Below are positions 57,859 through 64,000 of a stretch of DNA of 64,000 nucleotides, one piece after another. Both the position numbers and the translations under genes were made by a program. The notes under the pieces are model-generated. The model saw only the letters and a list, made by a program, of their open reading frames with translations. It made no database searches and was not told the origin of the DNA. How positions within the stretch are numbered: position 1 is the stretch's first letter; every line of letters starts with the position of its first letter. The stretch spans positions 108,072-172,071 of the forward strand of contig CAZYFP010000001.1 of the NCBI GenBank assembly GCA_964647125.1. Reading direction: 5' to 3'. This stretch comes from an uncultured Candidatus Saccharibacteria bacterium (GTDB lineage Bacteria > Patescibacteriota > Saccharimonadia > Saccharimonadales > UBA4665).

Positions 57859-57975
57859 ATGAAAGTACGTGCAAGTGTCAAAAAGATTAGTCCCGACGAC
57901 AAGATTGTTCGCCGTAAGGGACGTTTGTATGTTATTAACAAATTGAAGCCAAAGCACAAGCAGAGGCAGGGATAA
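57859..57975 (+). CDS. rpmJ: 50S ribosomal protein L36
   Basis: Hand-translated 38 aa [38 protein letters not shown]. It is below the ORF-track length cutoff. Its position between infA and rpsM is canonical. Confidence 0.93.
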   Translation: MKVRASVKKISPDDKIVRRKGRLYVINKLKPKHKQRQG

Positions 57976-57978
57976 GAT

Positions 57979-58365
57979 ATGGCACGAATTTCAGGAGTTA
58001 CTATTCCAAATGAAAAGCAGACCTGGGTTGCCCTTACCTATGTATATGGTATTGGTCCGAAGACTGCCGACACTATCTTGGAAAAAGCTAAGGTTGAGCG
58101 CACTATTCGCGTAAAAGACCTGACAGACAGCGAGATTTCTCGTATTCAAGAAGTAATCAACAACGACCTACTTGTTGAGGGTGAGTTGCAGCGCGTCGTT
58201 GCTGGCAACATCAAGCGCCTTAAGGACATCAATGCGTACCGTGGCCTTCGCCACAAGCAGAACCTACCAAGTCGTGGTCAGCGCACCAAGACAAATGCTC
58301 GCACACGACGTGGCAAGAAGACTACCGTCAGTGGCACCGCTAAAAAGGTAGCGTCAAAGACGTAG
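57979..58365 (+). CDS. rpsM: 30S ribosomal protein S13
   Basis: MARISGV.IP..K....ALTYVYGIGPKTA and YRGLRH...LP.RGQRTKTNART. Confidence 0.98.
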   Translation: MARISGVTIPNEKQTWVALTYVYGIGPKTADTILEKAKVERTIRVKDLTDSEISRIQEVINNDLLVEGELQRVVAGNIKRLKDINAYRGLRHKQNLPSRGQRTKTNARTRRGKKTTVSGTAKKVASKT

Positions 58366-58378
58366 GATAGGAATATAT

Positions 58379-58810
58379 ATGACAGATACAACTACAACTA
58401 CAGCTACAACGGCGACAGCAGCACCAGCGGCAGCGCCAAAGCGAAAAAAGGTTAAGCGTTCCGTACCTAAGGGCCAGGTCCACGTACAGGCTACCTTTAA
58501 TAACACAATCATTACCTTCACAGACCCTAAGGGTGGTGCATTGACACACTCTTCTGCTGGTGCCTGTGGGTTCCGTGGCTCCAAGAAGGGTACTGCCTAC
58601 GCAGCCCAGATCGCAGCCGAGCGTGCAACCCAAGCCGCGAAACAGCAATATGGCGTGAGTAGCGTTGAAGTCTTTATCAAAGGCATTGGCCTTGGTCGCG
58701 ACGCAGCAGTGCGTGCGCTATCGGGTATGGATGTCCAGGTAGAGAGCATTACCGACGTAACAGGTGTGCCACATGGTGGTGTTCGACCTAAGAAGGCGCG
58801 GAGGATTTAA
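58379..58810 (+). CDS. rpsK: 30S ribosomal protein S11 with Thr/Ala-rich N-terminal extension
   Basis: VHVQATFNNTIITFTDPKGGALTHSSAG..GFRGSKKGT.YAAQ. Confidence 0.97.
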   Translation: MTDTTTTTATTATAAPAAAPKRKKVKRSVPKGQVHVQATFNNTIITFTDPKGGALTHSSAGACGFRGSKKGTAYAAQIAAERATQAAKQQYGVSSVEVFIKGIGLGRDAAVRALSGMDVQVESITDVTGVPHGGVRPKKARRI

Positions 58811-58812
58811 TC

Positions 58813-59433
58813 ATGGCACGAGATCGACAATCTATTGTTAAGATGAGCCGTCGTGAAGGCTATGCTCTTCACCCCAAGGCTCACAAAGCGCTCGTAAAGC
58901 GCCCAACCCCTCCAGGTCAGGTAAGCAACAGCCGTGGTCGACCTAGTCGTCCAAGTCAGTATGCTTTGCAACTTCGAGAGAAGCAAAAAGTAAAGCGCCT
59001 ATATGGTTTGCTTGAAAAGCAGTTCAGCAACCTCATGAAGGAAGCGACTCGTCGCAACGGCCAATCTGGTGCTAACCTACTGCAACTTCTCGAGCAACGT
59101 GCGGACAACGCTGTATACCGAGCAGGATTTGCTTCAAGCCGTCGTGCAGCCCGTCAGCTCGTGACCCACGGTCACTTTATGCTCAACGGCACTCGCGTAG
59201 ACATTCCATCTATCCGCCTAAAGCCAGGTGACGAACTTGTTGTTCGTGACCGCAGCAAAACCAGTGAGTACTTCAAGAAGCTTGATGACGTTAGCCCAGC
59301 CCCAAGTGTAATACCTGAGTGGCTCAAGGTTGACCGTAAGAAAGTTACCGTATCAGTAAAGGGTCTGCCGACGCGTGACGACGCCGAACCAGATATCAAA
59401 GAACAACTAATCGTCGAATATTACTCACGCTAA
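58813..59433 (+). CDS. rpsD: 30S ribosomal protein S4
   Basis: SQYALQLREKQKVKRLYG..E.QF, S4 domain RRAARQLVTHGHF.LNG.RVDIPS. Confidence 0.97.
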   Translation: MARDRQSIVKMSRREGYALHPKAHKALVKRPTPPGQVSNSRGRPSRPSQYALQLREKQKVKRLYGLLEKQFSNLMKEATRRNGQSGANLLQLLEQRADNAVYRAGFASSRRAARQLVTHGHFMLNGTRVDIPSIRLKPGDELVVRDRSKTSEYFKKLDDVSPAPSVIPEWLKVDRKKVTVSVKGLPTRDDAEPDIKEQLIVEYYSR

Positions 59434-59449
59434 GGGAGGAAAGAAGCGT

Positions 59450-60394
59450 ATGTCAAACATGATTCACACACCAGGCATTGTAGCCGTAGATGAACACAGT
59501 GCTACCAGCAATACGTTTAGCGTAGAACCACTTCACAGTGGCTACGGTATGACGCTTGGTAACAGTTTGCGCCGCGTGTTGCTCTCGAGCATTTCAGGAG
59601 CTGCCGTTACATCATTTAAGATCGAGGGACTAACCCACGAGTTTACTGCCATCCCAGGCGTCAAAGAAGACGCTGTCGATGTCATGCTAAACCTCAAGGG
59701 TATTAAGTTCCGCGTGTATGGTGACGAGCCACAGACGCTGCGTATTGTTAAGCAAGGCAAAGGCCCTGTAACCGCCAAAGATATCGAAGTTAACGCCGAT
59801 GTTGAAGTAGTAAACCCAGAGCACGTTATTGCTACCATTGATGGTGACAAGACCAAGCTCGTCATGGACCTAACCGTTGAAATCGGCCGTGGGTACCGTA
59901 CTATCGAAGAAAGCACCGCTAAAAAGCAGAGCGACATGGTTGCCGTAGATGCAGTCTTTGGTCCAGTTGTTCGTTGCCGTTACCGCGTTGAAAAGACTCG
60001 TGTCGGCCAGGCAACTGACCTCGACAAGTTGCTCATTACTATCGACACAGATGGCACTATCACACCACGTGATGCATTTGAAGAAGCTGCAGCGATCTTG
60101 GTTAACCAGTACACTGCACTCGCGGGCAAGACTCGCGTTGTAGTTGCTGAGCCACAGGCTGCAAGTGCAGGTACTGGCGAAAGCGAGATTGGTTCTGACG
60201 AACCTGCTGCTCTTAACACGTCTATCGAAGACCTAAACTTGAGCGCTCGTACTACCAATGCACTTATCAACAACGACATTCACACCATCAAGGACTTGTT
60301 CAGCCTAAACGACGTAGAACTACGTGACCTCAAAGGTTTTGGCAGCAAAGCCCTCGATGAAGTAAAAGACAAGATGTCGGAGCTGGAGCTGTAA
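59450..60394 (+). CDS. rpoA: DNA-directed RNA polymerase subunit alpha
   Basis: EPLHSGYGMTLGNSLRRVLLSSI.GAAVTS.KIEG..HEF..IPGV.ED, and a C-terminal domain with L.LS.RT.N.L......TI.DL. Confidence 0.97.
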   Translation: MSNMIHTPGIVAVDEHSATSNTFSVEPLHSGYGMTLGNSLRRVLLSSISGAAVTSFKIEGLTHEFTAIPGVKEDAVDVMLNLKGIKFRVYGDEPQTLRIVKQGKGPVTAKDIEVNADVEVVNPEHVIATIDGDKTKLVMDLTVEIGRGYRTIEESTAKKQSDMVAVDAVFGPVVRCRYRVEKTRVGQATDLDKLLITIDTDGTITPRDAFEEAAAILVNQYTALAGKTRVVVAEPQAASAGTGESEIGSDEPAALNTSIEDLNLSARTTNALINNDIHTIKDLFSLNDVELRDLKGFGSKALDEVKDKMSELEL

Positions 60395-60395
60395 G

Positions 60396-60830
60396 ATGCA
60401 TCGTCACGGATATCAAGGAAGGAAGTTCCACCGCGAGCGCGACCAGCGTCGTGCCTTGCTAAAGGGACTGGCCGATTCACTCGTTAAGTACGAGTCTATC
60501 GAGACTACATTACCAAAGGCTAAAGAAATTGTGCCTTACACCGAAAAGCTCATCACCAAGGCTAAAAAGGGTGACTTGCACAGCCGCCGCCAGGTTATAT
60601 CTAGCCTGCAGACTGTCGCTAGTGCCCACAAGCTAGTAGACGAGATTGCACCAAAGCTCAAGGGCCGTGTCAGTGGACACCTGCGAATTGTAAAAACTCG
60701 TACCCGCCGCGGTGACAACGCTCAGTTAGCACGAGTTAGCTTTGTCGACGACCTAAATGCTGCGCCAGTTGCGAAAGCTGCTGCTGCACCAGCCGCAAAG
60801 CCTGCGACTAAGAAAGCTGAGGAGAAATAA
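60396..60830 (+). CDS. rplQ: 50S ribosomal protein L17 with Ala/Pro/Lys-rich tail
   Basis: MHRHGYQGRKF.RERDQRRALLKGLA.SL...ESIETTL.KAKE. Confidence 0.97.
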   Translation: MHRHGYQGRKFHRERDQRRALLKGLADSLVKYESIETTLPKAKEIVPYTEKLITKAKKGDLHSRRQVISSLQTVASAHKLVDEIAPKLKGRVSGHLRIVKTRTRRGDNAQLARVSFVDDLNAAPVAKAAAAPAAKPATKKAEEK

Positions 60831-60832
60831 CT

Positions 60833-61276
60833 ATGAAAACCTACAGCATTAAACCAACCGACGTTACTCGCAAGTGGTACGTTGTTGATGCCAGTGAGGC
60901 ACCACTTGGTCGTGTTGCAACTCAGGTTGCTACACTACTGACTGGCAAAGCGAAGCCACAGTTTAGCCACCACATCGACTGTGGAGACTACGTTGTCGTC
61001 ATCAACGCAGATAACCTGCAAGTTACTGGTGACAAAATGGAAAAGAAGATGTACTACCGTCACAGTCACTTCCCAGGCGGCCTCAAAGAGACAGCCCTCA
61101 AGGACCAGATGGAAAAAGACTCAACAGCTCCACTTATTCACGCAATCCGCGGAATGCTTCCAGTAAACAAGCTACGCGATGGCCGTTTGGCTCGTCTAAA
61201 AGTTTACGCCGGTAGCGAGCACAACCATGCTCCTCAAAAACCTGAAACTATTTCACTTAAGAAAGGTGACAAGTAA
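60833..61276 (+). CDS. rplM: 50S ribosomal protein L13
   Basis: RKWYVVDASEAPLGRVATQVATLLTGK.KP.F..H.D.GDYVVVINA. Confidence 0.98.
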   Translation: MKTYSIKPTDVTRKWYVVDASEAPLGRVATQVATLLTGKAKPQFSHHIDCGDYVVVINADNLQVTGDKMEKKMYYRHSHFPGGLKETALKDQMEKDSTAPLIHAIRGMLPVNKLRDGRLARLKVYAGSEHNHAPQKPETISLKKGDK

Positions 61277-61674
61277 TGGCAAGTAACGACTACCACTACG
61301 CACTCGGTCGCCGCAAAAGCGCTACTGCACGTGTTCGTGTCACGACTGGTAAAGGTGAGATTACCATCAATGACAAGCCAGCAGCAGAGTACCTTGCCGA
61401 GAGTAAGTACCTACTAACCAAGTTGCAGCAGCCATTTGCTGTACTTGACCTAGTTGGCAAGTTCAACGTCAGCGTCAAAGTATCTGGCGGTGGCCACGAA
61501 GGTCAAACTGAAGCAATCAGCCTCGGTATCAGCAAGGCTCTCGTATCTATTAACGAAGACTACAAGAGCACGCTTAAGCGATCTGACCTGCTTAGCCGTG
61601 ACCCACGTGAGAAAGAACGCAAGAAGTTCGGCCTCAAGGGCGCCCGCAAGCAACGTCAGTTTACCAAGCGTTAA
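61276..61674 (+). CDS. rpsI: 30S ribosomal protein S9
   Basis: GRRKSATARVRV..GKG.I.IN, GGG..GQ..A...GI..AL, and a C-terminal ...RKQRQFTKR. Confidence 0.98.
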   Translation: MASNDYHYALGRRKSATARVRVTTGKGEITINDKPAAEYLAESKYLLTKLQQPFAVLDLVGKFNVSVKVSGGGHEGQTEAISLGISKALVSINEDYKSTLKRSDLLSRDPREKERKKFGLKGARKQRQFTKR

Positions 61675-61687
61675 TTATTGCAAAACT

Positions 61688-61722
61688 AAAATAGCCCCGA
61701 AGATTCCGGGGCTATTTTAGTT
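61688..61722 (+). terminator. rho-independent terminator after rpsI
   Basis: AAAATAGCCCCG-N7-CGGGGCTATTTT forms a 12 bp stem. Confidence 0.88.
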
Positions 61723-61922
61723 TGACTGAATCTTGAGGATACTCAGTAAGCAGATGACTCTAGGCTATCAAATATACGATTGGAGGCGACCTCCTATTGC
61801 TGCGGGCAATCGCAAATTCTCTAAATTAGACAGACTATTCTTGATTCTTAAGATCAGAGGTAAGTTTGACAACACACAGTAGCGGAGTAGTATAGATACT
61901 ATTAGTAGCTAAGGAGTCTGCA

Positions 61923-62456
61923 GTGATCAAGCAAATTATTGGTGGTGTTGCGGTGTTAGTTATCGGAGGTACCACCTATCACATTAGCCAATCTGATGTT
62001 ACAAAAAACTTCGCACAAGAGACAGGTAAAACTCAGGCTCAGGCACAACAGTATGTGGAAGATACGCAAAGTAATCTTTCGTCGTTTACTAAAATCGGAA
62101 GTGACTTGGTGGCTGATGGAAATTCGATTATAGACATCTCAGATAAAATAGATTGCATAGGTTATCAATATAAATGGGAGTCACCAAGCCTAACCTGTGG
62201 TCAAGGAAAGCAGCAGCTTAGTGTTATTGGGGCTGATGAGGTTCGGCTAGGAGACTGTTATCAGGCTTTGGGTACTGACCTAGGTAATGCTGGTGGGGCA
62301 AAAATTCAAGAGTGCATTAGTGATATAGACTCAGCGAATGCTGATTATGACTTACCGATTGCTTCAAAAATGCTGAACAGTGAGAGTATTGATGAATTTA
62401 AAACATCTAACTTGTACAATAAGTCTGTCTTACGCGCAGCGATCGAATCAAATTAG
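61923..62456 (+). CDS. hypothetical N-terminally anchored/secreted protein (177 aa)
   Basis: GTG start with AAGGAG 6 nt upstream, N-terminal hydrophobic segment IIGGVAVLVIGG, and four Cys in the mature part. The region looks locally AT-richer by eye. Confidence 0.55.
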   Translation: MIKQIIGGVAVLVIGGTTYHISQSDVTKNFAQETGKTQAQAQQYVEDTQSNLSSFTKIGSDLVADGNSIIDISDKIDCIGYQYKWESPSLTCGQGKQQLSVIGADEVRLGDCYQALGTDLGNAGGAKIQECISDIDSANADYDLPIASKMLNSESIDEFKTSNLYNKSVLRAAIESN

Positions 62457-62589
62457 GTATATCGCTAGTATCTTGGTCATCCACAACGGCTCTTCTGATT
62501 TTAGCTATCGCATTCTAGATATTTAATCTCTCTAGAAGACCTATAATCGTATAGTTAACTGAGTAAAGCAGTCGTGGTACACTAGTGGT

Positions 62590-62985
62590 ATGAGTGAAGA
62601 AAACTACTATACACCCGGAGTCTGCAACCTAAACCAACCAGAAGTAGCCTATCGGCGAAAGGCTGAGTATCTCGGCATTGGCCTGGGGGTGGTTTTACTA
62701 GCAGTATTACTGGTCACAAAAGCTATGCCACTGGCAGGGCTAATGATGTTTGTGCCCGTGTGGTTGGCAGCAATTGGCTACCTGCAGGCCAAAAATAAAT
62801 TCTGCGTCTCGTATGCAGCGAGCGGTGTGCATAGTGCAAGCGCAGAATATGCGGATACCGCTAAAATTGTCGAAGAAGCTAGCCGCAAGCTTGATAAAGC
62901 CCGCGCACGCAAAATGAACACACAGGCACTTGTGGCTGGCGTTGTTGGGGCTGTGCTAACGTGCGGTCTCTTGGCCCTGATCTAA
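62590..62985 (+). CDS. hypothetical membrane protein (131 aa)
   Basis: Three hydrophobic segments (LGIGLGVVLLAVLLV; LAGLMMFVPVWLAAIGYL; ALVAGVVGAVLTCGLLALI). TGgTACACT lies 6 nt upstream of the ATG. Confidence 0.55.
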   Translation: MSEENYYTPGVCNLNQPEVAYRRKAEYLGIGLGVVLLAVLLVTKAMPLAGLMMFVPVWLAAIGYLQAKNKFCVSYAASGVHSASAEYADTAKIVEEASRKLDKARARKMNTQALVAGVVGAVLTCGLLALI

Positions 62986-62994
62986 ATAACAAAT

Positions 62995-63023
62995 TTGACA
63001 TACAAAGTGTGTAAGAGTAACAT
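62995..63023 (+). promoter_or_regulatory. near-consensus sigma70 promoter with no annotated gene behind it
   Basis: TTGACA (62995-63000), 17 nt spacer, TAACAT (63018-63023). Confidence 0.5.
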
Positions 63024-63029
63024 CAGTAA

Positions 63030-63177
63030 CTGATATGAACACAATCGCTCACCAGATTAATTGCATTATGCGCTGGTTTACCGTCAAGCGTTACGCTGTG
63101 GCGATTTGTTCTGTGAGCTCGTAAATATACTAGGAACCCATTGAATAAACCGCCACCGAAGGAGGAGGCGGTTTTTT
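63030..63177 (+). ncRNA. candidate small RNA (or 29-codon small ORF 63035..63124) bracketed by promoter and terminator
   Basis: About 150 nt lie between the 62995 promoter and the 63147-63177 terminator. There is an internal long-range pairing ACAATCGC/GCGATT.GT. The only ORF (MNTIAHQINCIMRWFTVKRYAVAICSVSS) lacks an RBS. Confidence 0.3.
63147..63177 (+). terminator. rho-independent terminator
   Basis: AAACCGCC-ACC-GAAGGA-GGA-GGCGGTTT followed by TTTT. Confidence 0.75.
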
Positions 63178-63203
63178 ATAAGAGAAAAGAAAGCACAAGA
63201 ATT

Positions 63204-63449
63204 ATGACAACAATCGAAGCAGGCCACAGGCCAGACATCCATATAGATCCAGAACACGCACTTGCAGCCGCTATAGAGCTTGCTGCAACAGCAATGAGGC
63301 ACCTCAGGCTCCACGAACAAGAAGTGCCAGCAACTGGCAGTGAAGCAATCGTTATTGCGGCCTCACAGGGCCTACTGCCGGACACACACATAGAAGAAGT
63401 ACGCCGAAGTATCGGGATTAACCTAGACATAGAAAGCATCATGTCATGA
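63204..63449 (+). CDS. hypothetical protein (81 aa from ATG 63204)
   Basis: The ORF track starts this frame at TTG 63141, which reads through the terminator hairpin, so ATG 63204 is preferred. Its stop overlaps the next ATG (ATGA). Confidence 0.45.
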   Translation: MTTIEAGHRPDIHIDPEHALAAAIELAATAMRHLRLHEQEVPATGSEAIVIAASQGLLPDTHIEEVRRSIGINLDIESIMS

Positions 63450-63697
63450 CCGAATTCTACGACACCAGCCTAGACCTCGCACGATCACAGCGCGTAGCCA
63501 AAATGCTAGTTTGTGGTAGCCTCGAAGGCTGTGGGGCAACATTACTCGAGATGGCTGATGGCAGACGGCAACTATTAAATGGCTCGGCAGTAGCCCCACT
63601 GATGAGTCAACTGTTTGAGCAAAATGTACAAATAGAAACAGGGCGTTGCCTAGAGCATAGCCCAGCAGGTGGATATAATGCCATTGCTGCCGGCTAG
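63446..63697 (+). CDS. hypothetical protein (83 aa)
   Basis: 4 nt ATGA overlap with the upstream ORF. It contains the ARSQRVAKMLVCG motif shared with ORF 45769. Confidence 0.45.
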   Translation: MTEFYDTSLDLARSQRVAKMLVCGSLEGCGATLLEMADGRRQLLNGSAVAPLMSQLFEQNVQIETGRCLEHSPAGGYNAIAAG

Positions 63698-63722
63698 AGG
63701 GTAATAGGTTATAATACAGATA

Positions 63723-64000
63723 ATGAACAAGCCAGTAATACTGACCGGCCTGCGAGCCAACAACGATCTGCATATTGGCAACTACTTCGGCGCCTTGCTG
63801 CCAATCATTGATATGGCTAAAAGCAAGTCTGACGAGTACCAGATCAATCTGTTTGTGCCAGACTTGCACAGTTTTACGACGCCGATTGATCACAGCCAGC
63901 TGCAAGCTCAGATTATGCACAACCTAAAGCTATTTGTAGCTGCCGGTTTGCCACTAGATAACGACAACATTCACATATATCGCCAAAGTTATGTACCAGC
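63723..64000 (+). CDS. trpS: tryptophan--tRNA ligase, N-terminal part (continues beyond window end)
   Basis: MNKPVILTGLRANNDLHIGNYFGALLP (HIGH-type motif) ...NLFVPDLHSFTT, the class Ic TrpRS pattern. Confidence 0.85.
   Translation, partial: MNKPVILTGLRANNDLHIGNYFGALLPIIDMAKSKSDEYQINLFVPDLHSFTTPIDHSQLQAQIMHNLKLFVAAGLPLDNDNIHIYRQSYVP

Noticed and set aside
63141-63203. TTG start at 63141 for the 102 aa ORF-track ORF.
   Set aside because: That N-terminal extension (MNKPPPKEEAVFYKRK...) is the translation of a rho-independent terminator hairpin plus its T-tract. The ATG at 63204 is the credible start.

Overview
Almost entirely core-genome window, mid-GC by eye, nearly all genes on the + strand. 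It appears to come from a small-genome bacterium, and I infer a CPR/Patescibacteria (Saccharibacteria-like) origin. The basis is that L30 is missing between rpsE and rplO, adk/map are missing after secY, many housekeeping operons are trimmed, and TGA is used as a normal stop (code 11, not code 25). Gene content in order: malic enzyme (partial), rplS, rnhB, yraN, pepN, nusA, clpC, radA, a class A PBP, tyrS, a GT-C-like membrane protein, recG, rsmD, tRNA-Leu(UAG), hisS, tig, clpP, rpoB, rpoC. Then comes a str/S10/spc/alpha ribosomal supercluster (rpsL to rpsI) and the start of trpS. No rRNA, CRISPR array, transposase or integrase was seen. Main observations: (1) Two copies of a perfect CIRCE/HrcA operator, identical over 29 nt, each overlap a sigma70-like promoter, one upstream of clpC and one upstream of clpP. 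(2) The normally contiguous rpsL-rpsG-fusA-tuf-rpsJ-rplC block is interrupted at four junctions by about 12 small non-ribosomal ORFs. These include an orphan chorismate mutase and a J-domain-only protein, and rpsJ is left as a terminator-bounded single gene. (3) Several of these small ORFs, plus others in the window, share a short S-Q-R-x-x-[KS]-x-[LI]-V core and a DPYKY motif, which suggests an undescribed paralogous family. (4) At least 16 genes have a -10-like hexamer, often TGn-extended, 6-9 nt upstream of the ATG and no Shine-Dalgarno sequence, which implies widespread leaderless mRNAs. (5) Terminator-like leader hairpins precede nusA and rplC. All functional calls rest on motifs I recognise in the translations; no database search was possible.
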